Assembly: GCA_012520515.1 (NCBI GenBank)
Contig: JAAYOD010000045.1
Location: 4,352 to 68,351, forward strand
Reading direction: 5' to 3'
Length of the DNA stretch: 64,000 nucleotides
From: Clostridiales bacterium
Lineage (GTDB): Bacteria; Bacillota; Clostridia; Christensenellales; DTU072
The notes beneath the pieces were generated by a model, which had not been told where the DNA came from, ran no database searches, and was given only the letters and a program-made list of their open reading frames with translations. The translations under genes and the position numbers were made by a program. Every line of letters starts with the position of its first letter. Positions within the stretch are counted from its first letter, which is position 1. Shown in pieces: positions 47,033 to 56,973 of this stretch.

Positions 47033-47971
47033 ATGTTTGTGCGAGTTTGTGAGTTTTTTTGCGGAATAGGTATATTCTTTTTTGCTCTCATTCTTCTAAA
47101 CAATGCTATCGGAAAATCACCCGATAGGCTAAAAAACGCATTAAGTAAAAGACTGGGTAATGGATATTTTGAATGCTTTTTAGGCTTTCTTTCTTCAGCT
47201 CTTACACAAAGTTCTACCGCTGTAAACAGTATACTTGTAAGCCTTACAGATACTGGTGTTGTAAAGAGAAAATCTAGCTATTTTTTAATTATGGGTACTA
47301 ATATTGGCACAACATTGACGGCTTTCTTTGCAGTAATTGCCAAAATAAATATATCGCAACTAATTATTTGCATACCGTTTTTTAGTTCTCTTTTAATAAT
47401 GCTAATAAACAAAGAAAAGATAAAGCCTGTACTGCATTATATAAGCATAGTTTCCCTTATCTTTGCTGGTCTTTATATAGTAAATACCACAGTGCCATAT
47501 TTTTTAGAAAGGTTTGATATAGCAAGGCTAAAATCATCTAGTAATATGTTTTTATTTTTACTAGCCACCATAAGCACTGCTCTTTGTCAAAGCTCTGCGC
47601 TAATAAGCGTGCTTACCGTTACTTTATCAGGATATGGTATGCTGACATTTGAGGGCGCAATGTTTATGATAATGGGCGCAAATTTAGGCACTTGCGGTAC
47701 AGCGCTTTTATCGTCGCTAGGAAAAAATAAAGACGCTAAAATGGTGGCATGGTTTAATATCATATTAAATGTAGTAGGCATTTTACTTCATATGTTTTTG
47801 TACTACACCCACCTTTTTAGTTGGTTGGAAAAGCTAAATGTAGCTCTGGACACAAAAATAGCGCTGTTCCATGCATTTTTCAATGTGGCTACAACGCTAT
47901 TTGTATTTCCTTTTGTGCAGTCTATTGACCACATAAAAATAGGTAAAAAAGTTATTACCTTTTATGAATGA
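47033..47971 (+). CDS. Na/Pi-cotransporter family membrane protein (short form, no PhoU-like domain)
   Basis: 312 aa. Two PF02690-type repeats with QSS(T/A) and G(T/A)N(I/L)GT motifs. Confidence 0.7.
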   Translation: MFVRVCEFFCGIGIFFFALILLNNAIGKSPDRLKNALSKRLGNGYFECFLGFLSSALTQSSTAVNSILVSLTDTGVVKRKSSYFLIMGTNIGTTLTAFFAVIAKINISQLIICIPFFSSLLIMLINKEKIKPVLHYISIVSLIFAGLYIVNTTVPYFLERFDIARLKSSSNMFLFLLATISTALCQSSALISVLTVTLSGYGMLTFEGAMFMIMGANLGTCGTALLSSLGKNKDAKMVAWFNIILNVVGILLHMFLYYTHLFSWLEKLNVALDTKIALFHAFFNVATTLFVFPFVQSIDHIKIGKKVITFYE

Positions 47972-48673
47972 CTATTGCTTGAACAAAATCCTTCTACAAT
48001 GTGGACATTCGGTATAATCGCCTGGCTTTGAGAGGTGCTTGTCCACTTCTATTTTAACATACATACCACAGGCTGAACAGTTGCCTTCTTCAGTATAAGG
48101 CATTAGTACAGGGAAGCGGTGTTTACGACAATTAGCATACTTTTTTAACATCTCTTGGTCTATGCCTTTGGCTATCTTTTGCAGTTCGTCTGTTATTGGC
48201 TTTGCCTTAATCATCATTTCTTTTTGCTTGCCTATAAGAACTTGCTGATACTGCGTTATTTGCTTTTGCAAATTTTCAATTTGTTCTAATACTCTTTTAT
48301 TGTCATAACTTATATCAGTCATTTTTTTACTTATCCTAGCCGTCTCTCTGGATATGGCATTTAGCTGGTCTTCAAAACTTTTCAACATTTCTTGATATTG
48401 CTCAAAATCTTCTTGAGCGGTAAAATTATCAAAGTTGCTTTCAAAATCCACTTTTTGTTTTTCTAGACTTTCTAACTTTTGCACAAGCTCATTAAGCTGA
48501 GAAACCAAATCGTCAAATTCTTTGTTAAACTCAGGCAAACTTTTCATTTTGTCTTTATAAGTGTTTTGCACATAAACAAACTTTTCATTTTTTTGAAAAG
48601 CATAAAAGTCTTTTTGTAGCAGATAAAGTTCTCTATCTAGCTTTTGGTATTCCAGCATTTTTGCTATTGACAT
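47972..48673 (-). CDS. Coiled-coil C4 zinc-ribbon protein (COG1579/DUF164 type)
   Basis: 233 aa. Long coiled coil, then CSACGMYV...CPHC zinc ribbon. Conserved position after nif3. Confidence 0.8.
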   Translation of the reverse strand: MSIAKMLEYQKLDRELYLLQKDFYAFQKNEKFVYVQNTYKDKMKSLPEFNKEFDDLVSQLNELVQKLESLEKQKVDFESNFDNFTAQEDFEQYQEMLKSFEDQLNAISRETARISKKMTDISYDNKRVLEQIENLQKQITQYQQVLIGKQKEMMIKAKPITDELQKIAKGIDQEMLKKYANCRKHRFPVLMPYTEEGNCSACGMYVKIEVDKHLSKPGDYTECPHCRRILFKQ

Positions 48674-48686
48674 AATTACACCTCTT

Positions 48687-49451
48687 TTAATTATAAGGAT
48701 TATTTAGTACAGTAGTACCGTATATCCTGATTCCTTTTAATTTTTCATTCAATTTATTGACCATAAAGTCAATAAAGGGATATTCACTTGCGTGATGACT
48801 AAGCTCAATTATACCATAGTTTAAGTCCTTTGCCAACCGTGCGACATTATGTTTTACATCAGAAGTAACAAACACATCACAGCCATCTTTGTATGTTTCA
48901 ATTAAGCTTGAGCTATCGCTTCCGCCTCCGCCACTAATTACGGCTACTTTTTTTACAATTTTGTTTAAATTGCCTACTGTAAGAGTATATTTGTCTTGAA
49001 AAAGCTCTTTTAATTTGATAGCAAATTCGCCCATTGTTATAGGCTCTTCTAATTCGCCCGCGCGCGCTGATGCAAGAGGTCGTATATTTTTTAGTCCCAT
49101 CATAGATGCGATATGGTCATTTAGTCCGCCGTCAGCGACATCGACATTGGTATGAGCGGAAATTATGGCAATATCAAGCTTTATTGCATTAATAAGGCAT
49201 TGGTTTTGCGGAATGTTATTATCTATGCTTTTAAGCGGAGTCCAAATACTTGGATGGTGCTCCACAATGACATTACAACCCCTTTCTTTAGCTTCCATAA
49301 TTACACTCATCGTGGTATCTAGTGTTACCATTATGCCTGTAACATCAGTATCTAAATCGCCTAGTTTTATACCGCTGTTGTCGTATTCAAGCTGGTCTTG
49401 ATAAGGCGCAAAGCTGTCTATTGCGTTATACACATCTATTAGTTTTGCCAT
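48687..49451 (-). CDS. Nif3-like dinuclear metal centre protein
   Basis: 254 aa. NIF3 His clusters (VEHHPSIW, SAHTNVD, LSHHASE). Confidence 0.85.
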   Translation of the reverse strand: MAKLIDVYNAIDSFAPYQDQLEYDNSGIKLGDLDTDVTGIMVTLDTTMSVIMEAKERGCNVIVEHHPSIWTPLKSIDNNIPQNQCLINAIKLDIAIISAHTNVDVADGGLNDHIASMMGLKNIRPLASARAGELEEPITMGEFAIKLKELFQDKYTLTVGNLNKIVKKVAVISGGGGSDSSSLIETYKDGCDVFVTSDVKHNVARLAKDLNYGIIELSHHASEYPFIDFMVNKLNEKLKGIRIYGTTVLNNPYN

Positions 49452-50081
49452 TTAATTTAGTTCCTCCCACTCTTTTTTTAAGTCGTTGCTAATTGCGTTA
49501 ATGCCTGCTTTTTCAATAATTTTTTTAATAGTTTTGAATCTTAGATTTTTCCACTCATTATAAACAGGAGTACTAGGCAAATTTTTGCCTAAATAAATTT
49601 CTCTGTCAGTATAATTATTGTTTCCTTTTTCTGCCACTATAACGGGATAAAATTTTTGCTCTTTGACAATATAATCTTTAATTACAAAAAAACTATTCTC
49701 TCTAAGGTACTGGCGCAAGATATAGGTATCTTGGTGCGGTACAAGTATGTATTTGTTTGCTATATCTTTTTGCGCTAGTATCTTTACTATTTCTCTAGCT
49801 CCCATACCAGAAATTACAGCGATATCTATGTTATCTTTTATGGGTAAAAAGCCATCTCCATTAAGGAATATAAGTTTGTCTATAACATCATACTCAGAGG
49901 CAAGAATTTGAGCTTTTTTTAAGCTTTCGTTGCTAATGTCGACAGCAATTCCTTTTTTAGCTTTTTGGGATAATATAGCAGATACTATCAGTTTACCATG
50001 GTCACAACCGATATCGGCAACAACTTCTACATTGTCAATTTCTTTTAGAATAGCCTTTAGTCTATTATCCAGCTTTATCAT
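49452..50081 (-). CDS. trmK: tRNA (adenine(22)-N(1))-methyltransferase TrmK
   Basis: 209 aa. SAM motif VADIGCDHGKL. rpoD-trmK-nif3 synteny. Confidence 0.8.
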   Translation of the reverse strand: MIKLDNRLKAILKEIDNVEVVADIGCDHGKLIVSAILSQKAKKGIAVDISNESLKKAQILASEYDVIDKLIFLNGDGFLPIKDNIDIAVISGMGAREIVKILAQKDIANKYILVPHQDTYILRQYLRENSFFVIKDYIVKEQKFYPVIVAEKGNNNYTDREIYLGKNLPSTPVYNEWKNLRFKTIKKIIEKAGINAISNDLKKEWEELN

Positions 50082-51145
50082 TATTTATCCAAAAAGTCTT
50101 TTAGCTTTTTCATTTTGTTAGGGTGCTTTAATCTACGTAAGGCTTTAGCTTCTATCTGTCTTATTCTCTCTCTTGTGACATTAAATACCTTGCCCACTTC
50201 TTCTAATGTTCTTGGTCTGTTGTCTCTAAGCCCATACCTTAATATAAGCACCATAGCTTCTCTAGGCGCTAAAGTGGACAAAATCTCTTCAATTTCTTCC
50301 TTTAGCATTCTACCTTCAGCAATATCTAGCTGGCTTGCGGTCGATTTATCTTCTATAAAATCGCCAAGATGGCTGTCATCTTCTTCCCCTATCGGCGTTT
50401 CTAACGATACAGGGTCTTGAGCGATCTTTTGAATTTCGGCAACCTTTGATTCGCTTATTCCCATAGCTTCAGCAATTTCAGCTTGCGTGGGCTCTCTGCC
50501 TAGTTTTTGTAGCAGTGTACGGCTTATTTTAGTAAGCTTGTTTATAGTTTCTACCATATGGACAGGAATTCTTATAGTTCTTGCTTGGTCGGCAAGTGAG
50601 CGTGTTATTGCCTGCCTTATCCACCAAGTAGCATAAGTTGAAAACTTAAAGCCCTTTGTGTAATCAAACTTGTCTACGGCTTTCATAAGTCCAAGATTGC
50701 CCTCTTGAATAAGGTCAAGGAATTGCATTCCCCTGCCTACATGGCGCTTTGCAATGCTCACAACTAGCCTTAAGTTTGCGTTTATTAGTTGTTTTTTAGC
50801 TTCTTCGTCGCCTTGTTCTATCCTTTTAGCAAGTTCTACTTCTTCTTCTGCAGTAAGCAGTGGCACTTTACCGATATCTCTTAGGTACATTTTCACAGAG
50901 TCATCGATATTTACTTCCGTCATCATCTTTTGTAACAACTTTTCATTTTGCTGTTCTTGCTCTTCAGTCGTCAAAATCTTAATTTTGCGTTCGCCAAGCA
51001 TCTTATAGACAGTGTCCATTTTGCTAGCGTCTATGCTTAGACGGTCCATTTTATTTAATATTTCGTCTTCGGATACGGATTTCTTATTCTTAAATAACTC
51101 CATGAGTTTTTCTAACTCTTGGGCGTTTGTCTTTGTTTCTGACAT
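50081..51145 (-). CDS. rpoD: Primary RNA polymerase sigma factor (SigA/RpoD)
   Basis: 354 aa. Regions 1.2-4.2 including [15 protein letters not shown] and [17 protein letters not shown]. Confidence 0.95.
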   Translation of the reverse strand: MSETKTNAQELEKLMELFKNKKSVSEDEILNKMDRLSIDASKMDTVYKMLGERKIKILTTEEQEQQNEKLLQKMMTEVNIDDSVKMYLRDIGKVPLLTAEEEVELAKRIEQGDEEAKKQLINANLRLVVSIAKRHVGRGMQFLDLIQEGNLGLMKAVDKFDYTKGFKFSTYATWWIRQAITRSLADQARTIRIPVHMVETINKLTKISRTLLQKLGREPTQAEIAEAMGISESKVAEIQKIAQDPVSLETPIGEEDDSHLGDFIEDKSTASQLDIAEGRMLKEEIEEILSTLAPREAMVLILRYGLRDNRPRTLEEVGKVFNVTRERIRQIEAKALRRLKHPNKMKKLKDFLDK

Positions 51146-51161
51146 TTTTTTCTCCTTTACT

Positions 51162-52910
51162 CTATTTGTTTTTCTTGGTAAGTTGCGTTATCCTTTCTTT
51201 CAGCGTTTTTTTCTTTAATTCATCAGTTTCTGTCCTTAATAATTCAACAGCGTTTTTTATCTCTCTATTAATATAATCTGTTTTAAGTTTTTTAACACAT
51301 TGCGCATAATACTCTGCTGGGTTTAGAATGCTTTTGTCTTCTAGCGCATCAATGACATTAGCGCCTTCTGTATCGTTTTCTAAAATATCAAAAACATCAC
51401 TAATTTTAGGCGGAGTTGCATTTCTTAGGCACTCTTCTATATAGTCGTATAGCGCAATATGCTTATCTACCACAAAGTAGCTTTTTTCTATTTCTCTTAT
51501 GTCAACATAATTTTTTGCATACAAAATGGACGCCAAAACAAACCTTGCCGCAATCAAATATGCGTTATCTTCGCTAATGTCTTTAACAATAGGCGTTTTG
51601 GGAATTACTTGTTTTTTAATTGTTTTATCTTTTGCTTCTATGGCTTGTTCAACTAGTATTTCTTTGCTTATTCCACTGTTTTTACTAACTTCATCTACAT
51701 AAACAGCGCCTTCTAGTTGGTCAAGTTCGCTCAACACAGCAATAGCTTCACTTGCGTACTTTGTGCGGTTATCATAAGAATCTAATTTGTATTTTGCTTT
51801 AATTTTATGTAGCTTAAAGTCAATAAGGGGCAAAGCTTTATCAAGCAGTTTCATAAAACCGTCTTTGCCATATTTTCTTACATAGTCATCAGGGTCTAGT
51901 CCATCTTTTATGTCCACAACCTTTACTTCTAGTCCAACTTCTTTTAGTAGGTCCAAACTGCGCATAGCCGCACTTTGCCCTGCTCCATCTCCGTCAAATG
52001 CCACATATACAAGGTCAGCATAGCGTTTTAGATGCCTGCATTGTTCTATTGTTAGGGCTGTACCCATTGATGCTACAACATTTTTTATGTCTGCTTGGTA
52101 AAGGGCAATGACATCCATATGACCTTCAACAAGTATTACGCTTCTAACATTAGAATGAATAAATTTCTTAAATAAATTAATGCCAAATAAGTTTTTCTTT
52201 TTATCAAACGCTAAAGTTGCTCCAGTATTTTTGTATTTTGCAAAGTCGGGGTTTTTCTCTAAACTTCTTCCTGTAAAACCAAGCACTTTTCCTTGCGCGC
52301 TGATAATAGGAATAATAATTCTTTGACCAAAAAAGTCTGTGTTGTCGTATGTAAGAACGCCAGCTTTTACAAGCGAACTGTTGTCATAGCCAATTTGGTT
52401 TAGGTAGCGCGGCAAGCTGACAAAATCATAAGAATATCCCATTCCAAAGATTTGAATAGTATCCCAAGTTAAGCCACGGTTTAGTAGATATGTAAGTCCT
52501 GTTTGCCCCTCTGGTTTGGTAAGGTTTTGAAAATAAAACTTTGCGACGGCTTTATTTATTTCATAAATTTTTTCAAGCTCTTGCCTTCTTTTTTTATAGC
52601 TCTTATCAATTATTTGTTCAGGGATTTCTAAACCTGCTTTTTGCGCCAAAAATTCAACGGATTCTGGAAATGTCATTTTTTCGTGCTCCATCATAAATGA
52701 AAACACATTGCCTGCTTTTTGACAGCCATAACATTTATAGTACTGGTGGTCTGTTCTTATTTGAAATGATGGAGTTTTTTCATTATGAAAAGGACAGCAG
52801 GCCCAATAATCGCGACCTTTTCTTTGCACATTAACATAGGTAGATATCAAGTCCACGATATCTACCTTGTCTTTTATTTGACTTAAAAAGCTTTCAGGAT
52901 AAATTGCCAA
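51162..52910 (-). CDS. dnaG: DNA primase
   Basis: 582 aa. TTG start behind AGGTGA. Zinc finger [11 protein letters not shown]...CYGCQ, TOPRIM (VEGHMDV, FDGDGAG), C-terminal DnaB-binding domain. Confidence 0.95.
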   Translation of the reverse strand: MAIYPESFLSQIKDKVDIVDLISTYVNVQRKGRDYWACCPFHNEKTPSFQIRTDHQYYKCYGCQKAGNVFSFMMEHEKMTFPESVEFLAQKAGLEIPEQIIDKSYKKRRQELEKIYEINKAVAKFYFQNLTKPEGQTGLTYLLNRGLTWDTIQIFGMGYSYDFVSLPRYLNQIGYDNSSLVKAGVLTYDNTDFFGQRIIIPIISAQGKVLGFTGRSLEKNPDFAKYKNTGATLAFDKKKNLFGINLFKKFIHSNVRSVILVEGHMDVIALYQADIKNVVASMGTALTIEQCRHLKRYADLVYVAFDGDGAGQSAAMRSLDLLKEVGLEVKVVDIKDGLDPDDYVRKYGKDGFMKLLDKALPLIDFKLHKIKAKYKLDSYDNRTKYASEAIAVLSELDQLEGAVYVDEVSKNSGISKEILVEQAIEAKDKTIKKQVIPKTPIVKDISEDNAYLIAARFVLASILYAKNYVDIREIEKSYFVVDKHIALYDYIEECLRNATPPKISDVFDILENDTEGANVIDALEDKSILNPAEYYAQCVKKLKTDYINREIKNAVELLRTETDELKKKTLKERITQLTKKNK

Positions 52911-52985
52911 ATTCTTTTCACCTACTCAATAAGTAGATACGACAAATTTTTCAATTTTCCTAAATATATTATTAATATTATTATA

Positions 52986-53309
52986 CTATTTAAGTAATTT
53001 TGTCTTAATTTTGCTATAAACCTTGCTAAGCTCTAATATGTATCTGGTCTTACCAAATTCGTCCATACGGCTATATTCTTCGGTGTCAGGAATTATTCTG
53101 AACAGCGTATCTTTAATGGATTCTTCGCTGGCAAGTATCTCTTTGACTTTTTGGCTCATTATCTCTAGTTCTCTTTGCGTTAGCCTGCGGTTGTTTACAT
53201 AATAAGCTTCAGTATCAAAGTTATAAGTATAATTCCTATAATCATTATTTGAAATTCTTTGCTTTATTTGTTTGAAATAGCTGCGTGCTTCACTAATATT
53301 TTTTGCCAT
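52986..53309 (-). CDS. Hypothetical protein (107 aa), first gene of the dnaG-rpoD operon
   Basis: Uninterrupted ORF co-oriented with dnaG. No recognisable motif. The nearest SD (AAGGAG) is 17 nt from its ATG. Confidence 0.5.
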   Translation of the reverse strand: MAKNISEARSYFKQIKQRISNNDYRNYTYNFDTEAYYVNNRRLTQRELEIMSQKVKEILASEESIKDTLFRIIPDTEEYSRMDEFGKTRYILELSKVYSKIKTKLLK

Positions 53310-53455
53310 AGTTATTATTCATACTCCTTTTTCTGTAATTATAGATTTATATTAACATTATTTGCGCTGTAATTGTTACATATCTACACAACTAGACAAA
53401 TGAAGTAATATTTCGACAAAATAAGGTTAAATTTTTGCAATCATTTGGTAAACAT

Positions 53456-53484
53456 TTGACATATTATGTTAAAAAGGTTATTAT
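53456..53484 (+). promoter_or_regulatory. Sigma-A-type promoter of rpsU
   Basis: TTGACA (53456-61), 17-nt spacer, TATTAT (53479-84). Confidence 0.6.
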
Positions 53485-53523
53485 ATGTGTACAATCTTTT
53501 ATGCAAAGGGGGTGAATTAGATT

Positions 53524-53697
53524 ATGGCAACAGTACATGTTAAAGAGAATGAATCCATTGACAGCGCATTTCGTCGTTGGAAAAGAAAATGCTCTACTGA
53601 CGGTATAATTGGCGATTTAAAGCGTCATGAAGTCTATGAAAAACCCAGCATTAGAAGAAAGAAAAAAGCTGAGAACGCTAGAAAAAGAAAATACTAA
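53524..53697 (+). CDS. rpsU: 30S ribosomal protein S21
   Basis: Absent from ORF track (57 aa). Translation MATVHVKENESIDSAFRRWKRKCSTDGIIGDLKRHEVYEKPSIRRKKKAENARKRKY. RBS AAGGGGGTG. Confidence 0.9.
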   Translation: MATVHVKENESIDSAFRRWKRKCSTDGIIGDLKRHEVYEKPSIRRKKKAENARKRKY

Positions 53698-53703
53698 GAT
53701 TAC

Positions 53704-53736
53704 AAAAAAGACTGCTAGATAGCAGTCTTTTTATTT
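53704..53736. terminator. Bidirectional terminator between rpsU (+) and HIT gene (-)
   Basis: Stem aaagactgct/agcagtcttt, loop agat, flanked by an A-run and a T-run. Confidence 0.75.
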
Positions 53737-53754
53737 ATAAAATTGTTTTATTCC

Positions 53755-54099
53755 CTAACACATAATTTCAGAAAGTCTTTCGCCGCCAAAGATGTGGATA
53801 TGAATATGTCCTACGCTCTGTCTGCCATCGTTACCTTTATTGGTAGCCAATCTATAACCATTTTCTAGTTTTAGTAGCTCAATGTTTTGTGCAAAGGTCT
53901 TTAGACATCTTGCTAGAAGTTCGCCATCTTTTATGCTTAATTCTCCAATATTTTCATAGTGCTTTTTAGGTATTAGCAAATAATGCCGTCTAGCTTGTGG
54001 GCTGATATCGTTTATGATAATCATATCGTCATTTTCAAAAACTCTAGTAGCAGGTAGTTTACCTTCAATTATTTTGCAAAAAATACAATCTTTTTTCAT
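53755..54099 (-). CDS. HIT-family (histidine triad) nucleotide hydrolase
   Basis: 114 aa. CIFCKI N-terminus and HIHIHIFGG triad. Confidence 0.9.
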   Translation of the reverse strand: MKKDCIFCKIIEGKLPATRVFENDDMIIINDISPQARRHYLLIPKKHYENIGELSIKDGELLARCLKTFAQNIELLKLENGYRLATNKGNDGRQSVGHIHIHIFGGERLSEIMC

Positions 54100-54103
54100 A
54101 ATT

Positions 54104-55339
54104 TCATTCTCCCTTTAATCCGTCTTTATATAGCGCTGTTGGTAAAACTTTATTAAGTTCCAAATCAGTTTTTTGATACACTCTTATATAACGCTCAGAA
54201 TAGCCTACGCTATACTCTCCGTCCTTTTCTTCAAAAAGCACATTTTGTATTATGCCTATATTCTTTTGCAAATATTCTTTACGCGCTCTTAATTTTTCCG
54301 CCGTTAGTTTTTCCTTTCTAAGCGATATTATTTCTTTAGGCAGCTTGGTAAGCTTTTCTGCTTTTGTACCCTTTCTTGCTGAAAAAGGGAAAATATGAAT
54401 ATCGCTAAATGCTACCTTTTTAACAAAGTCTAGCGTTTTGTCAAAACAGCTTTCTGTTTCAGTAGGATACCCAACTATAATATCAGTAGTTATTGAGGCG
54501 TTTTTATCGTATTTTCTTATAAGCTCAATCTTTTCTAGGTATTGACTTGTGGTGTATTTTCTATTCATACTCTTAAGCACAGCGTCGCTTCCGCTTTGTA
54601 GCGATAAATGAAAATGCGGACAAAAGTTTTTAAGAGAAAACAGCGCATCTAAAAGGGGCTTGTTTATAGCTTCAACATAAAATGAGCCTAGCCTTATTCT
54701 GACATCTAGTTCTTTTAACCTAAGAATAAGGTCGGTAAGCGTAACGCCAATATCTTCGCCGTATTGCTTTAAGTTTATGCCTGTTATAACTATTTCTTTA
54801 GTCTTATGGCTTAAAAGCATAGCTTCCTTTACAACATCGTCAATGTTTCGTGAACGGCTTCTGCCCCGCAAATATGGTATTATGCAGTAAGAGCAAAAGT
54901 TATTACAACCGTCTTGAATTTTGATATAAGCTCTAGTGCGATTTGGTAAAGCTAAAGTAGTGTCTTCAAAATGTCTTGGTATAGGCGCAATGTTTACAGA
55001 GGCCATATCATCGTCTATATGCTTTAAAACTTGATTTTTACCGGCAACTCCGCTGACAAAAACAACATTATCCTTTATAAAATCTTGTGCGCTTTTTTGG
55101 CAAGCGCACCCGCACATAATTATTTTGGCGCTTTTGTTTTGTTTTCTACATCTAGCAATAGCTTGGCGGGATTTTTTTTCTGCTTCATTGGTTACTGCGC
55201 AAGTGTTTATAATATATAAGTCAGCAAATTCAAGGTGGTTTTTTACGCTATACCCCCTTTTTATAAGCTCTTGGCAAATCACATCGCATTCGTATTGATT
55301 TACCTTGCAACCGATATTAAACACTACGGCTTTTTTCAA
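54104..55339 (-). CDS. mtaB: tRNA threonylcarbamoyladenosine methylthiotransferase MtaB (MiaB-like radical SAM)
   Basis: UPF0004 Cys triad (GCKVN, NTCAV, CGC), radical SAM CNNFCSYC, TRAM-like end. Start uncertain: TTG 55339 (GGGGAG RBS, no overlap with rsmE) or ATG 55369 as in the ORF track. Confidence 0.85.
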   Translation of the reverse strand: MKKAVVFNIGCKVNQYECDVICQELIKRGYSVKNHLEFADLYIINTCAVTNEAEKKSRQAIARCRKQNKSAKIIMCGCACQKSAQDFIKDNVVFVSGVAGKNQVLKHIDDDMASVNIAPIPRHFEDTTLALPNRTRAYIKIQDGCNNFCSYCIIPYLRGRSRSRNIDDVVKEAMLLSHKTKEIVITGINLKQYGEDIGVTLTDLILRLKELDVRIRLGSFYVEAINKPLLDALFSLKNFCPHFHLSLQSGSDAVLKSMNRKYTTSQYLEKIELIRKYDKNASITTDIIVGYPTETESCFDKTLDFVKKVAFSDIHIFPFSARKGTKAEKLTKLPKEIISLRKEKLTAEKLRARKEYLQKNIGIIQNVLFEEKDGEYSVGYSERYIRVYQKTDLELNKVLPTALYKDGLKGE

Positions 55340-55341
55340 AA

Positions 55342-56049
55342 CTACATCTCCCCAATAAGCGTCATACAAAGTGTTATGCCTGCCACTACTGCTGTAGATA
55401 CTCTTAATATACGCTTACCTAAAGTAAGAATTTTGGCGTTATTTTTTATAGCAAAATCTATCTCTTGCTTGGCAAAACCGCCTTCACTACCTATAAATAT
55501 GGCTATATCTTTATCATTATCTATATCTGTATCTAATACCATTTTTTGCCTTTCATGTTCGTAAAATAGCATTATATTGCTGTCTTTTGCGTCATCTATT
55601 GCTTGTTCAAAGGTTACTACTTTACCTAGACTTGCTAATTTTGACCTGCCACACTGCTTACTGCTTTCCAAAATAATTTTGATAAGTCTATCATAATTTA
55701 CTTTAGCAATATTGCCATGTTGTGAAGTAAAAGGCACTATACGCGTTACACCTAGTTCAACGGCTTTTTGCACTGTGACATCGATATCTTTGTTTATGCC
55801 TGCATATAGCGTTATGTTTTTGACACTTTCTGCAATATTAATCTCTTTTTTCTCAACTTTAGCTACTAAGTTATCTTTATTTATTTCAGTAATTTTTGCA
55901 TAGTAATCATAATTTGTGTTGTCGCAAACAATAATAAGGTATCCCACCTTGTGACGAGTCACTTTGACAGCGTGATAAAATTCTTCATTCTCTAACACTA
56001 TTTTGTCACCTACTATTTTGTCAGGCACAAAAAATCTTTTTAAGTCCAT
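55342..56049 (-). CDS. rsmE: 16S rRNA (uracil(1498)-N(3))-methyltransferase RsmE
   Basis: 235 aa. PUA-like N-terminus (HAVKVTRHKVG) and SPOUT C-terminus (IGSEGGF, LGKRILR). Confidence 0.85.
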   Translation of the reverse strand: MDLKRFFVPDKIVGDKIVLENEEFYHAVKVTRHKVGYLIIVCDNTNYDYYAKITEINKDNLVAKVEKKEINIAESVKNITLYAGINKDIDVTVQKAVELGVTRIVPFTSQHGNIAKVNYDRLIKIILESSKQCGRSKLASLGKVVTFEQAIDDAKDSNIMLFYEHERQKMVLDTDIDNDKDIAIFIGSEGGFAKQEIDFAIKNNAKILTLGKRILRVSTAVVAGITLCMTLIGEM

Positions 56050-56055
56050 ATCTTT

Positions 56056-56973
56056 TTAGCGGTATTGAAACTTTATCCCTACCCATTCTCCCATAGAAAT
56101 TTCACTAAGTATAGTAAAACCTAAAGACAAGTATTTGTCAATAACTTCTTGCCGTCTAGACTGTATTATGCCAGAGCATATTATAACTCCCTCTTTTTCT
56201 AAATACTTTGGCATATCGTCACTTAAGCCTATAAGTATATCGGCTGTTAAATTAGCAAGTATAATATTCCCTTTTATGTTACTCTTTTGGCGTAAATTCC
56301 CTAGTTCTACTGTGGTATTGCTATTTACATTATTTAAGCTTATGTTTTGCTTTGCGGCATGAAAAGCTGTGGAATCTATATCGCACATATAGCAATGGCA
56401 TGCGCCTGAAAGCGCCGCTCCTATGCCCAATATACCACTGCCTGTGCCAATATCAATAACTTGTTTTGACTTAAAATCTACTTGGCTCATAAGCTTTAAG
56501 CAAATTTTTGTGCTTTCGTGTTCTCCTGTGCCAAATGCCATACCTGGGTCCATCAAAATAACAATTTTATTTTGCGTATTTTGATATTTTATCCATTTGG
56601 GCACAATGGCAAATTTATCTGCTTCAATGACAGAATAATAGCGTTTCCATTGATGATACCAATCGCTATCGTTTATCTCTTTATAAGTTATTTCGCCATA
56701 ATCTACATTGTAAAATTTCAAAACTTCTATAAGTTCAGCAACCTTATTAGATAGTTGTTCGACGCTAACAAATCCGCTAACCTTGGCAACATCGGCGCTG
56801 TTTAATAATTTTTCGTCTATGTAATCCCAGGCTTTATCGTTTTTTATTATGTCCAAAACATCATTTTTATCAATAATTTTTACTCCGCCCGTCAATCCGA
56901 TAGAAAAGAAGGCATCAGCGACTAGCTCTGTGCCTTCAGATGTCGTATTTACAATAATTTCATACCACTTCAT
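56056..56973 (-). CDS. prmA: Ribosomal protein L11 methyltransferase
   Basis: 305 aa. MDPGMAFGTGEHESTKICL and SAM motif DIGTGSGILGI. Confidence 0.9.
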   Translation of the reverse strand: MKWYEIIVNTTSEGTELVADAFFSIGLTGGVKIIDKNDVLDIIKNDKAWDYIDEKLLNSADVAKVSGFVSVEQLSNKVAELIEVLKFYNVDYGEITYKEINDSDWYHQWKRYYSVIEADKFAIVPKWIKYQNTQNKIVILMDPGMAFGTGEHESTKICLKLMSQVDFKSKQVIDIGTGSGILGIGAALSGACHCYMCDIDSTAFHAAKQNISLNNVNSNTTVELGNLRQKSNIKGNIILANLTADILIGLSDDMPKYLEKEGVIICSGIIQSRRQEVIDKYLSLGFTILSEISMGEWVGIKFQYR

